From NCBI GenBank assembly GCA_050013255.1, contig JBEKFP010000002.1, positions 705,185-769,184 on the forward strand: 64,000 nucleotides of DNA. The letters run 5' to 3'. Of the stretch, positions 38,652 to 47,719 are shown in pieces. Numbering within the stretch: position 1 is the stretch's first letter; every line of letters begins with the position of its first letter. A program made the translations under genes and the position numbers. The notes beneath the pieces were generated by a model. The model was not told where the DNA came from, did not search any database, and worked only from the letters and a program-made list of their open reading frames with translations. Origin of the DNA: Candidatus Bathyarchaeia archaeon (lineage in GTDB: Archaea > Thermoproteota > Bathyarchaeia > 40CM-2-53-6).

Positions 38652-38782
38652 TGCGTGACATTACTTGCTGGATGAGGAAGCGGAAATTCTATTCTCAATC
38701 AAGGGTTCAGGAACTTCTTGCGTGCTCCGCAAATTGTATTCATATAGGCTTCCCTCACTAGAGCACCTTAAGTATCACTCAG

Positions 38783-39352
38783 GTGCGCCCTCTGGCCGAA
38801 CACAAAGCGTACATCAACATCGAGAACGTGGTCGCGACAGCAACTATCCATCAGAATATTGATTTGAACTCTATCGTACGCGTATTCCCTGGCGTAGAAT
38901 ATAGGCCTGAGCAATTTCCGGGCTTAGTATATCGATTGAAGAAACCGAAGGCCACCACCTTGATCTTCGGCTCGGGTAAAATGGTCTGTACTGGGTCGAA
39001 GTCGGAGCGGCAGGCTCACAAGGCCGTCATGAAGGTTGTGGACGAGCTCAGCCGTAACGGGATCGTCATTTTGGGTAAGCCTGAGATTCAGGTTCAAAAC
39101 ATAGTAGCCTCGGCAGGTTTAGGCGGCCATATTGATTTGGAAAAGGTAACCTACTCACTGAAACGCACCATGTATGAACCCGAACAGTTCCCTGGCCTCA
39201 TCTACAGAATGGACGACCCCAAAGTAGTCATACTAATCTTCACAACCGGAAAGCTCGTTTGTACGGGCGCCAAGAAAGAGGCGGACGTTCACAGATCCAT
39301 CGCAAAACTGCAAGAAACGCTTGAAGAGAAAGAGCTCATAACCTACCCGTAG
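38783..39352 (+). CDS. tbp: TATA-box binding protein
   Basis: Two repeats: IENVVA..Y.PEQFPGLVYR..LIFGSGKMVCTG and VQNIVAS..YEPEQFPGLIYR..LIFTTGKLVCTGAK. Confidence 0.98.
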   Translation: MRPLAEHKAYINIENVVATATIHQNIDLNSIVRVFPGVEYRPEQFPGLVYRLKKPKATTLIFGSGKMVCTGSKSERQAHKAVMKVVDELSRNGIVILGKPEIQVQNIVASAGLGGHIDLEKVTYSLKRTMYEPEQFPGLIYRMDDPKVVILIFTTGKLVCTGAKKEADVHRSIAKLQETLEEKELITYP

Positions 39353-39717
39353 TCCCGAATCGGAGACGCACTGCTCCCTTCTATCCTTGACATGGCATTC
39401 AAGGGAAAATTGTAATCATTGACTCATGTTCCTTAACGCTTACACGTGGACATCCACGTCCCCCAAACCACATCCACATGGCCATCCCAAAACAGCGCTT
39501 ACGTAATATGCCCGTACTATTGGTGCGTACACACACGAAAATCTTGTCTGATTTTAGTGGAGTGCCCCCTAACTACCACTCTTTCACCAATTTCACCACG
39601 AGCCAATTCTGAGACCAGTGCATCAACTCACCTCTAGCCTGGGCCGGGGCCTAATTGAAGTAGGGGAATCGATAAGGTATTAGTGTATGTTTGAATAACT
39701 GATGGCGTTGTTTAACC

Positions 39718-39831
39718 ATGATGTCTAGGTTCGAAAAGGAAGGACAACGATTTGTGTGCGATAAGTGTGGTTTCGAAACGAACAGTTCAGAAATCTTTCC
39801 TTTACACAAGAAGAATTGTCCCAGAATTTAG
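39718..39831 (+). CDS. 37-aa C2HC zinc-finger microprotein, copy 2 (not in ORF track)
   Basis: MMSRFEKEGQRFVCDKCGFETNSSEIFPLHKKNCPRI*. Confidence 0.7.
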   Translation: MMSRFEKEGQRFVCDKCGFETNSSEIFPLHKKNCPRI

Positions 39832-39922
39832 TTTCCTCTGCCCGCACCATAAGACCCACGCACACGAAAATGTTTGACAAAAAACTGGGATTTCCGTTCA
39901 TTACCGGTCCTAGGATGTTCGC

Positions 39923-40075
39923 CTAGTATCTTCGGTGCTTCTGGTAGCACTCTCTACAGTAGACCGGTTTACCCGTCGTCGGCACAAACGGTACTTCCGT
40001 ATCTGCACCGCACTCAGAGCATTTGACTTTCGTCATTTGCCTCGGGGCACCGTAACTTCTATTCTGATAACCCAT
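39923..40075 (-). CDS. CxxC-x17-CxxC domain small protein (not in ORF track)
   Basis: MGYQNRSYGAPRQMTKVKCSECGADTEVPFVPTTGKPVYCRECYQKHRRY*; EVPF.P...PVYC is the family hallmark. Confidence 0.88.
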   Translation of the reverse strand: MGYQNRSYGAPRQMTKVKCSECGADTEVPFVPTTGKPVYCRECYQKHRRY

Positions 40076-40423
40076 TTTGTTTTCCACCGTCCTATTCTCT
40101 AGTTATACGAAAGATAATACTCGCCGCGATAATCGGCACGAGCTTGACGGCTCTCCCATCATCCACGCAGGTAAGACCTCCAGTATACTGCCTACGCAAT
40201 AGGCAAGACCACCATAAAAACTGATTTCGTGCTCATACTTTGTGACAATTGAAGATGGAAGATCAGAAGAAAAGCAAACGTGCCTCATTTCCTGGTTCGA
40301 CATAGGATCGCTACTACGTTTTCTCAGAGGTGGGTATGGTTCTTTGACGAAGTCTCAACGAAGTAAGAAAGGAAGATTAAATGCGTATATGACTGCACGC
40401 CCGCAATTCGGTTGTAGTCTAGC

Positions 40424-40747
40424 ATGCAGTTCTTCCCGAAATGTAGTTTGGCGCTCATTCCAATTAAGAAGGAAAAGATTGTTGTGCTAGCATGCCCTAA
40501 GTGCGGAGAAGAAACTAGACCGTCGGATCCGATGGTACAGAAATTCGGAAAGGCCAAGGAATCCGTCGTGGTAATCGGTAAGGGTGAGAAGAACCTACAG
40601 ACTCTCCCGACCATGAAAGTTAGCTGCCAAAAATGCGGGCATGGAGAAGCCTTCTATTGGATGGTACAAACTCGCGGTGGCGATGAAGCCTCGACACAGT
40701 TCTTCAGGTGTACGAAATGCGGACGGACATGGCGAGAGTATTCATGA
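40424..40747 (+). CDS. tfs: Transcription factor S (TFS/RpoM)
   Basis: C-terminal CQKC..WMVQTRGGDE..TQFFRCTKCGRTWREY with the acidic DE hairpin. Confidence 0.95.
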   Translation: MQFFPKCSLALIPIKKEKIVVLACPKCGEETRPSDPMVQKFGKAKESVVVIGKGEKNLQTLPTMKVSCQKCGHGEAFYWMVQTRGGDEASTQFFRCTKCGRTWREYS

Positions 40748-41007
40748 AATTACAATGATTAGAGGTATGTGAACACCATTAGACCCACTACCACGACCGA
40801 CAAGAACAGGAAGAAAGCAGATAATGCAAGCAGAACTAGCACTTGAACGCCACGCAAGAGAACCAATCGCAGAGAAGAATCCTAGGCTACCGACTTTTCA
40901 TAGGTGTGGGTCTAATGGTGCGCACACACACAAAGTACTACTGAGACGAGGGAAAAACAGGGAAGGCTAGGATGGTACGATACGAGAGCAGGAGTACATT
41001 CGAATCG

Positions 41008-41283
41008 TTACCTGTAAGATTCCGCGTCAACTTTCGCCATTGGGTATACTCCGTCTACTGGAAGCCCAGGAACTTTAGCGAGAACCTTGCGTATTGACTC
41101 AGCATCTTTTGCGTCCCACTCACAGAATATCTTAACCGCCTTTCCTTGTTCGTTTAGCTGTATCGTACCACCAATCCAATAAGCGTCCAAGGTGACATTG
41201 GCTTTGGCTTTCTTAGCGAACACTCCAGCCTCCTCAATCGTTGCGGGCGACGGTAGCGTGTGAGCCACTAGGAACTTTCCCAT
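41008..41283 (-). CDS. Small DUF4242/DUF3303-like protein
   Basis: KFLVAH...YW...KIFCEWDAKDAESI pattern; GGAGGTGA SD upstream. Confidence 0.6.
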   Translation of the reverse strand: MGKFLVAHTLPSPATIEEAGVFAKKAKANVTLDAYWIGGTIQLNEQGKAVKIFCEWDAKDAESIRKVLAKVPGLPVDGVYPMAKVDAESYR

Positions 41284-41540
41284 CTCATTTCACCTCCTCT
41301 GTTTCCTCATATCGTAATTGCTTAACTTGCCCAGCCGGAAAAGGACGAAGAACAATAGTCATCTATGCGTGGTTAACACTTGCCATTCCATACGGAATTA
41401 CCGCTGTGAATTCGATAGCTGATATTCCCAAACGAAATCCGAAGCGGTCTCTTCGCCACGCAGACAGGGCATCACTCACATATCCGGATTCATACCGCAA
41501 AGAAATCTGACTATGAGGAGTTTTGTGTGTGTGGGTCTAA

Positions 41541-41564
41541 TGGTGCGGGCGACCGAATTTGAAC
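41541..41564 (-). other. tRNA 3'-end-like fragment (att-like remnant)
   Basis: Reverse complement GTTCAAATTCGGTCGCCCGCACCA gives T-loop + acceptor 3' strand + ACCA; no 5' half present. Confidence 0.6.
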
Positions 41565-41862
41565 ACGTTCTCTAGGCTACTGTTAAACGCAACCTAGACC
41601 ACGCTAGATGAGCTTCATTTTCAGACTAGAATTGAGTCTTATTCCTACAGAACTTTAGGATGAAAATACTTTGCCCCGAAGGAATCGTCGTCATGACAGA
41701 ACTCGATTATGTAAGCTGTTGAGCCAAGAAATGTGTTTTAACCAGCATTATAGAGTGGTGTTAAGCATTTTACATATCTGCGTTCGAGGTAAACACCCAG
41801 CGCTAATGAGAATACCACGCATTCAAGGTGGAGAATAGAAGACTCGAGGGAATTGATGCAGA

Positions 41863-42159
41863 ATGGTGTCCACGCCTTATACAAGGGGCCGAAGCCGCGA
41901 ATACCAAGTCCTACGCTTATTGAGAGCAGAAGGTTGGTTCTGCAGTAGAAGCGCGGCCTCCCATGGACCAGTTGACATTTTCGCAGGACGTGGCGGGCGT
42001 ATACTCATGGTTCAGGTCAAAAGCGGACAGGGCAGAGCAACGGAATCAGAACGGAAAACGCTCAAGCTTTGGGGAGAAGCTTTCCGGGGAACAGTTGAGA
42101 TATGGAAGTTTAGGAAGGGTAAAGCCCTGGAGAAGGAAACTGTGTATGAGTACGAATAA
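41863..42159 (+). CDS. Hjc-like PD-(D/E)xK nuclease (archaeal Holliday junction resolvase family)
   Basis: G..REY.V...L...GW...RSAAS.GPVDIFA...MVQVKS. Confidence 0.8.
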   Translation: MVSTPYTRGRSREYQVLRLLRAEGWFCSRSAASHGPVDIFAGRGGRILMVQVKSGQGRATESERKTLKLWGEAFRGTVEIWKFRKGKALEKETVYEYE

Positions 42160-42164
42160 AGGGC

Positions 42165-42488
42165 CTAATGCGTTGCGTGCATCTCGATTTCTTTGAGGGT
42201 CTCCTCGATGGCTTTCTTCGGTAGGCCACGGCCCTGTACACCGTCCCTTCTGAAGACCGGCCGGCCGTCTCTGAAGACAATTACTGTTGGGACAATGCTG
42301 ATCCCGAACCTTTCCCACAACGGATTATCATCGTCACTAATGTCAACCTCAGCCCATCGGACTCCATTGCCGTTTAACGCTTCGTTAAATTCCGCATAGA
42401 AACTTCTGCAAAACGGGCACCATTCGGCGTAGAAAAGCACGGGAATTGTATCCGTACTCTTCAGACGATCCCCCTCAAAATCCGCCAA
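42165..42488 (-). CDS. Thioredoxin
   Basis: FYAEWCPFC; cis-Pro IVPTVIVFRDG. Confidence 0.92.
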   Translation of the reverse strand: MADFEGDRLKSTDTIPVLFYAEWCPFCRSFYAEFNEALNGNGVRWAEVDISDDDNPLWERFGISIVPTVIVFRDGRPVFRRDGVQGRGLPKKAIEETLKEIEMHATH

Positions 42489-42603
42489 GTGTAATTCCGT
42501 ATTCCTTTCCCTGTTGCTGCGCGAGGAGTGCTCATGGCTTTGAAGCTATCCCTGAACAACAAGTCAAATTCTCCACTAATGCTTTCCGTGAGCAAGACTT
42601 ATT

Positions 42604-43233
42604 ATGCTCGAATTGAATTCGGTTTTTCTCAAACCCAATTTGGTGATGAAATTGCCCGAGAAAATCAACGAATCACCCGACAACATTGGCAACCTGAAGG
42701 AAGAAGTGGCTCGGTTAAGAGAAGAAGTACAGCGCCTCTCGCAAGCTATTCCTTCTCAGAAAGCCAAACAGTCGGAAACATCGAGCAGACCAAGTTTCGG
42801 CGAGTCCCTATCAGAGTACGTTAACGACGTTGTTCAGAGCGTAATCTCCGGGATATCCTCGGAGATTGAACGATCGGTCCTTGTGGATCCCACAGGCGCT
42901 TGGTTCGATCGTCACGTGGCAAAAGCCCAAGCGAGGTCGATGAGCGCCGCGGAAGCAGAAAGGGCTTCCACCTTGATGGGCGCGATGGCCAGCGAGCATC
43001 GCCTTCGAATTTTGAGCGAACTCCTTTACGGAGGGAGGTACGCGAGCGAGATAGAATCCGTTCTCAAGGATATCTCCCCGAGCACAATCTCTAGTCACCT
43101 CAAAATCCTTGAAGAAGCTGGCCTCGTGGTACAGGAAGGGGACCGAGGGCGCTATCTCATTACCCTCCCAGGGAGAATTGCGTTGAAGATGTCGACACGC
43201 CTAACCCGTTTCCTTGAGCATAGGCGATCATAG
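42604..43233 (+). CDS. ArsR/SmtB-family wHTH regulator with N-terminal extension
   Basis: ASEHRLRILSEL...SPSTISSHLKILEEAGLV...RGRYLIT. Confidence 0.85.
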   Translation: MLELNSVFLKPNLVMKLPEKINESPDNIGNLKEEVARLREEVQRLSQAIPSQKAKQSETSSRPSFGESLSEYVNDVVQSVISGISSEIERSVLVDPTGAWFDRHVAKAQARSMSAAEAERASTLMGAMASEHRLRILSELLYGGRYASEIESVLKDISPSTISSHLKILEEAGLVVQEGDRGRYLITLPGRIALKMSTRLTRFLEHRRS

Positions 43234-43324
43234 ACTGCTCAAGCATTCAGCCTTAGTGAGCATACTCACGATGCGAACGCATTTTAGTTAGCGCAGCAAA
43301 CGGCTTTCGCGGCGAATTGTCTCT

Positions 43325-44227
43325 ATGGTGGACAACTTTAGGCTCCGAGGAATCATAACGGCGCTCGTTACCCCTTTCACCCAGAACGGCGAGGTTGACG
43401 AAGAGGCCTTACGCGAAATTGTCAGATTCCAGTTGAAAGCCAGAGTGAACGGTTTCTATCCCCTGGGGACCACGGGCTTGGGTCCGGCAATGGAGGCCTT
43501 TGAGAGAAAACGAGTCGCTGAAGTTGTTGTGGAAGAAACAAATGGGCACGTCCCTGTCATTGTGCAGATTGGTGCTTCCGAGCCCAGAGTCAGCCTGGAA
43601 CTTGCGCTCCACGCCGAGAAGATCGGAGCCGACGCGGTGGCCAGCCTAACCCCCTTCTATTATCATCCGGGAGACGAAGCAATCATCGAGTATTATCAGA
43701 AATTATCACGTACCACGAGCCTCCCCTTGTTCGTATACAACATTCCACCAAATACAGGGTTTAACGTCGATGCCAAACTACTCCAGAAATTGAGTGAAAT
43801 TCCGAAAGTTATTGGCATCAAGGATAGCAGTGGAGACTTTACGCAGCTTCTAGATTACATGCGCAATGTTCCCGACGACTTCAACGTAATCACAGGAACG
43901 GACTCATACCTTTTCTCAGCCCTTTGCGCCGGTATCCACGGCGGCGTTTCAGCTACCGCAAACGCATTTCCCGAACATTTTGTGGAAATGTACGAAGCTT
44001 ACAACACGAAGGATTTTGAAAAGGGAAAGGCTCTGCAAATCAAAATACGCGCCCTTCGCAATGCGTTGTCCACACCTCCCCTGGCACCAATCCTGGAGGC
44101 TCTGAAGATGAGGGGCCTGAAAAGAGGCTATGTGAGACTACCACTACGATCGATGCATGCTAACGAGGTAGAGGCCTTACGCGTTACAGTAAACCGCATT
44201 CTGCCAGAGATGAAACTACCAGCTTAA
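43325..44227 (+). CDS. DapA/DHDPS-family class I aldolase
   Basis: ALVTPF, GTTG, TPFYY, YNIP..TG, GIKDSSGD. Confidence 0.92.
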   Translation: MVDNFRLRGIITALVTPFTQNGEVDEEALREIVRFQLKARVNGFYPLGTTGLGPAMEAFERKRVAEVVVEETNGHVPVIVQIGASEPRVSLELALHAEKIGADAVASLTPFYYHPGDEAIIEYYQKLSRTTSLPLFVYNIPPNTGFNVDAKLLQKLSEIPKVIGIKDSSGDFTQLLDYMRNVPDDFNVITGTDSYLFSALCAGIHGGVSATANAFPEHFVEMYEAYNTKDFEKGKALQIKIRALRNALSTPPLAPILEALKMRGLKRGYVRLPLRSMHANEVEALRVTVNRILPEMKLPA

Positions 44228-45330
44228 GGACTAGTCGCCGCAAACGAATCCAACGTCCCCTTCGCGATGGGCTTCCCAGCCTTCTCTTTTTCCAAACCTG
44301 ACAGCCTGACCCCGACAAGCCGTACCTTCTTTGGATTATTCCTGAATTCGGCTGCGAGGGCTCGTATTCCCTCAACTATCGGTTCCTTACTCGAGGTTGC
44401 GAACCGTAGTGACTTTGCTCGGGTGTAGGTTTGAAAGCCGGTAAATCGCACCTTCAAGGTTATTGTTCGAAAAGCCTTGTTTTCGTTCATCAATCGATTG
44501 TAGACCTGGTCAATCAGGTCAGACAGCTGCCTATCTATGACAGGCCAATCATTAGTATCCACCTCAAATGTGTGTTCGGCCCCGATAGATTTCATCACGT
44601 AGTTCTCTTGAACTTCTACTTGCTCCTCTGCGTTGGCTATAGCCCACAGCCATACTGCTGGCTTGCCAAATTTCTTAAGCAAATCTTTGGGAGGGTACTT
44701 GGCAAGATCGCCAATCGTCTTGATTCCAAGTTGGATAAGTGTTTGCTCTGTTTTCTTTCCAACCCCGCTTATCTTGGAAACTGGCAGGGGAGCGAGGAAC
44801 TCCTTCACGTGCGCGGCTTCCACGTAAGTTAACCCCTCGGGTTTTTGGAAATCCGACGCTATCTTGGCCGTAGATTTGTTCGGAGCTATCCCAATCGAAC
44901 AAGTGAGTCCTTCCTCTTCCTTTAGTTCAGTTTTGATCAGCCTCGCCAATTCAAGGGGGCCGCCATGGCGTTTGCAGCTCTCAGTTACATCCAAGTAGGC
45001 TTCGTCTATGCTAACCTGTTCAAACCTGTCAGCATATTTCTTGATTCTCTCCATAACATCGGTTGAGACCTGGCCGTACAAAGCTAGGTTGGGTGGCACG
45101 TAGACGCCTTGTGGACACAACTTGTAAGCTCTAGATATTGGCTGGCCCGAATGCAATCCAAGCTTTCTCGCTTCGTACGAACATGCAACGACGACGCCCC
45201 TACCCTTGCCCTCCTTAGGCTCAGCGCCAATGACAAGCGAAACGCCACGTAGAGAAGGGTTCTCCCTTTGCTCCACTGAAGCATAGAACGCATCTAGGTC
45301 CACATGGAATATGACTCGCGCCAACTTCAC
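44224..45330 (-). CDS. dinB: Y-family DNA polymerase IV
   Basis: HVDLDAFYASVE, SYEARK.G, SIDEAYLD, AKIASD.QKP.G, GVGKKT. Confidence 0.96.
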   Translation of the reverse strand: MKLARVIFHVDLDAFYASVEQRENPSLRGVSLVIGAEPKEGKGRGVVVACSYEARKLGLHSGQPISRAYKLCPQGVYVPPNLALYGQVSTDVMERIKKYADRFEQVSIDEAYLDVTESCKRHGGPLELARLIKTELKEEEGLTCSIGIAPNKSTAKIASDFQKPEGLTYVEAAHVKEFLAPLPVSKISGVGKKTEQTLIQLGIKTIGDLAKYPPKDLLKKFGKPAVWLWAIANAEEQVEVQENYVMKSIGAEHTFEVDTNDWPVIDRQLSDLIDQVYNRLMNENKAFRTITLKVRFTGFQTYTRAKSLRFATSSKEPIVEGIRALAAEFRNNPKKVRLVGVRLSGLEKEKAGKPIAKGTLDSFAATSP

Positions 45331-45342
45331 TCCACCACTAGA

Positions 45343-46167
45343 TTAGTGTGATTTAGAGAAGTCGAAGAGCGTTTTCTGCGGGCCTTCACCGTCCTTTAGT
45401 CCTGACCAATCTAACTGAACCAACCCCATCAGTCGTCTGAACTCGTTCACTGAGGCTGGACCGAAACCGGCGAAGTGGTTGTTGAAGAAAATGAAACGCT
45501 CCCTGACTTCATCACCAACCTCCTGCAGCGTCTTACTCCAAGTCTTCGTTACTTCAGATTGATCCCTCTGTATCGTGCCGAACTTGGTGAGTTCCCTGTC
45601 CCCAACGAACCGCATGTAGACGAAATCCGATGTTACAGTGGGAGGCGTGGTCAAGTATTGGTTCACTGACCAGGCTTGGCAGACTTTCTTGGTTCGGAGT
45701 AGTTTTTCCACCCTTGGGTTGAACCACGATTTGTGGCGGAACTCTATAGCGAACTTGTACTTTGGGTCTAGGGTTGTAATGAAATCTGTGAAAGCTTTTT
45801 CATGCTTGGGAAGCTTGAAGGATGGAGGCAGTTGAACAACGAATGGGCCCAGCTTCTCCCTAAGCTGGCCTAAGGTCCTTTCGAAATGCTCCAAGTAAGA
45901 TGAAACGTCCTTCAGTTTCTGGTCATGTGTAATCCGTTTTGGAAGCTTCGGCGCAAAAATGAAACCGGATGGAGTTACGTGGCTCCATTGCTGTACCATT
46001 GCTGGTGATGGCGCGCGGTAAAACGTGGAATCAATCTCCACACAATCAAAGACACGTGAATAGACTTTCAAGTAATCCTGCGGTGCAGTATCTTTCGGGT
46101 AGAATGGGCCAACCCAATCTCCGTACGACCAGCCGCTGCACCCTATCTTGACACTCAAAGCCATCAT
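45343..46167 (-). CDS. DUF72 family protein
   Basis: IGCSGWSY.DW.G.FYP, VEIDSTFY, QLPPSF, EFRH.SW, FFNNH. Confidence 0.93.
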   Translation of the reverse strand: MMALSVKIGCSGWSYGDWVGPFYPKDTAPQDYLKVYSRVFDCVEIDSTFYRAPSPAMVQQWSHVTPSGFIFAPKLPKRITHDQKLKDVSSYLEHFERTLGQLREKLGPFVVQLPPSFKLPKHEKAFTDFITTLDPKYKFAIEFRHKSWFNPRVEKLLRTKKVCQAWSVNQYLTTPPTVTSDFVYMRFVGDRELTKFGTIQRDQSEVTKTWSKTLQEVGDEVRERFIFFNNHFAGFGPASVNEFRRLMGLVQLDWSGLKDGEGPQKTLFDFSKSH

Positions 46168-46321
46168 CGCATATAGTTAGGTAACTCCTGACTTAGAAGA
46201 ATTATCCAGTCTTGAGGGGACTGAACCGGCGCCTTTGGAACCTAGAGGCTGTTCTGGAGGACTTGACCGTTCGAGGACCAGCAAGCTTTACTTCAACAGG
46301 GAGTTCTTCAAATGAATTGGG

Positions 46322-47056
46322 ATGCTAGAACCGTTGAGCGTTGCGGAAGTCGCGAGCCGGCGTACAAGAGATTCTGAGGAGGAACCAGGGGGTACTTTCC
46401 GGAAGACACTACAAATAGCTACTGTAGGCGAAGATTCTGAGGGAGTCTTAGCCGGAGTCAGGAACGCCCCCGCGAACAAGCTCGCGTTGATTTGTTATGA
46501 CCACGACAAGGAGAGTGCCAAACGCTTGGCAACACGGATCTCAGACACACTCAAGGCTGAGGTTGAGGTTTACGACACGATTAGGCCTGAACATTCGTAC
46601 AAAGACATCATGCAGGTTTTCTCAGATATTGTCGGAAAGAACAAGGAGCAGTTCGATGATTTCCTCCTAAACGTTAGCAGCGGAGATAAGATGATTTGCA
46701 TAGCTGCTGCCGTCACGTCGTTCATCTTGGGTTTCAAAGCGTTCTTCTGCAAGGGAGATGAATGCGTCATGCTTCCACCAATGAAACTCAGCTATACTGA
46801 GATGGTTTCTGACGTGAAATTGGACATACTCAGGGCTTTGGATAAAGCTGGGGGAGAAGTTGAGAGCCTAGATGAATTGAGCAAACTAACAAACTATGGC
46901 AAACCCCTACTCAGCTATCATATTCATGGTTCAGAAGACGCACGAGGCCTAATTGACCTAGGCCTAGCTCAAGCAACTAGACACGCTAGGGGAAAGACTA
47001 AAGTCACATTAACTACGCTTGGAAAAATGCTGCTCGTAGAGAAAATCAAAACCTAG
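46322..47056 (+). CDS. CARF-domain + wHTH transcriptional regulator (Csa3/DUF6293-like)
   Basis: Rossmann-like IATVG...LNVSSGDK motif; C-terminal LDELSK...LSYHI...GLIDLGL...LTTLGK. Confidence 0.7.
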   Translation: MLEPLSVAEVASRRTRDSEEEPGGTFRKTLQIATVGEDSEGVLAGVRNAPANKLALICYDHDKESAKRLATRISDTLKAEVEVYDTIRPEHSYKDIMQVFSDIVGKNKEQFDDFLLNVSSGDKMICIAAAVTSFILGFKAFFCKGDECVMLPPMKLSYTEMVSDVKLDILRALDKAGGEVESLDELSKLTNYGKPLLSYHIHGSEDARGLIDLGLAQATRHARGKTKVTLTTLGKMLLVEKIKT

Positions 47057-47077
47057 AGAATAAGGTGGCTTCTGTCA

Positions 47078-47701
47078 TTGCTCATTTTCTTCCAAGAACC
47101 GTTCAGCCACTGGTGCGTTAAAGCCAGAAAAATCATGGATTACAAAGGCATCAAATTCGAGACGAAAATGGTCGGTTACCACGATAAGAGGGAACTCATC
47201 AAGGCGACTGGACAGGATTATGTTCCCACCATAGTGAACGATGGCCAGGTCGTGACCTACTCAAGCATTCCCGACTTCTTAGAGCAGCTCCACGCCCACC
47301 CCACAATTTACCCGGACGGAACCAAAGCTTTGACGAAAGCGATCGAAGACTGGGCACATTACCGGCTTGAGGAGATTGTGTGGCGGTACGCTGTCGCCGA
47401 TTTCCCCAAGACGTTCAAGGACGATTTAGAACGTTGGGTATTCATCGAAATACAAGAATTGAAGCGCGGGCCTCTGCAAGCCTTGGAAGCCAGACGGCCC
47501 GAATTCAAGGCCGACATGGAGAACCACTTCCAAATCGTCGAAGATATGTTGAAGGACCATCGTTTTCTCGTCGCTGAGAAGCCAAGCCTCGCCGACTTTG
47601 CAGTCTTCGGAGCGGTCAACCCATTGATCTACTCGGGAAACGAATTTTCTGATAAGTTTGCAAAACTGCGTTCTTGGTACGAGTTCATAGACCGCCTCTG
47701 A
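47078..47701 (+). CDS. Glutathione S-transferase family protein
   Basis: FSHWCVKAR, VPTI, SS.I..FLE, FLV.EKPSLADFAVFG. Confidence 0.85.
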   Translation: MLIFFQEPFSHWCVKARKIMDYKGIKFETKMVGYHDKRELIKATGQDYVPTIVNDGQVVTYSSIPDFLEQLHAHPTIYPDGTKALTKAIEDWAHYRLEEIVWRYAVADFPKTFKDDLERWVFIEIQELKRGPLQALEARRPEFKADMENHFQIVEDMLKDHRFLVAEKPSLADFAVFGAVNPLIYSGNEFSDKFAKLRSWYEFIDRL

Positions 47702-47719
47702 CCACGTCTCCAATGCGTG

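Larger units (their letters stand above)
37700..41565. repeat. Dispersed family of about 7 degenerate sites, core ACCATTAG/CTAATGGT with CACACAC-rich arms
   Basis: Cores at 37710-17, 37758-65, 39517-24, 39846-53, 40775-82, 40912-19, 41537-44. Confidence 0.75.

Noticed and set aside
37700-41565. CRISPR array or intact IS/provirus
   Set aside because: Repeats are degenerate, irregularly spaced and in both orientations; no cas, transposase, integrase or viral hallmark gene; housekeeping tbp and tfs lie inside
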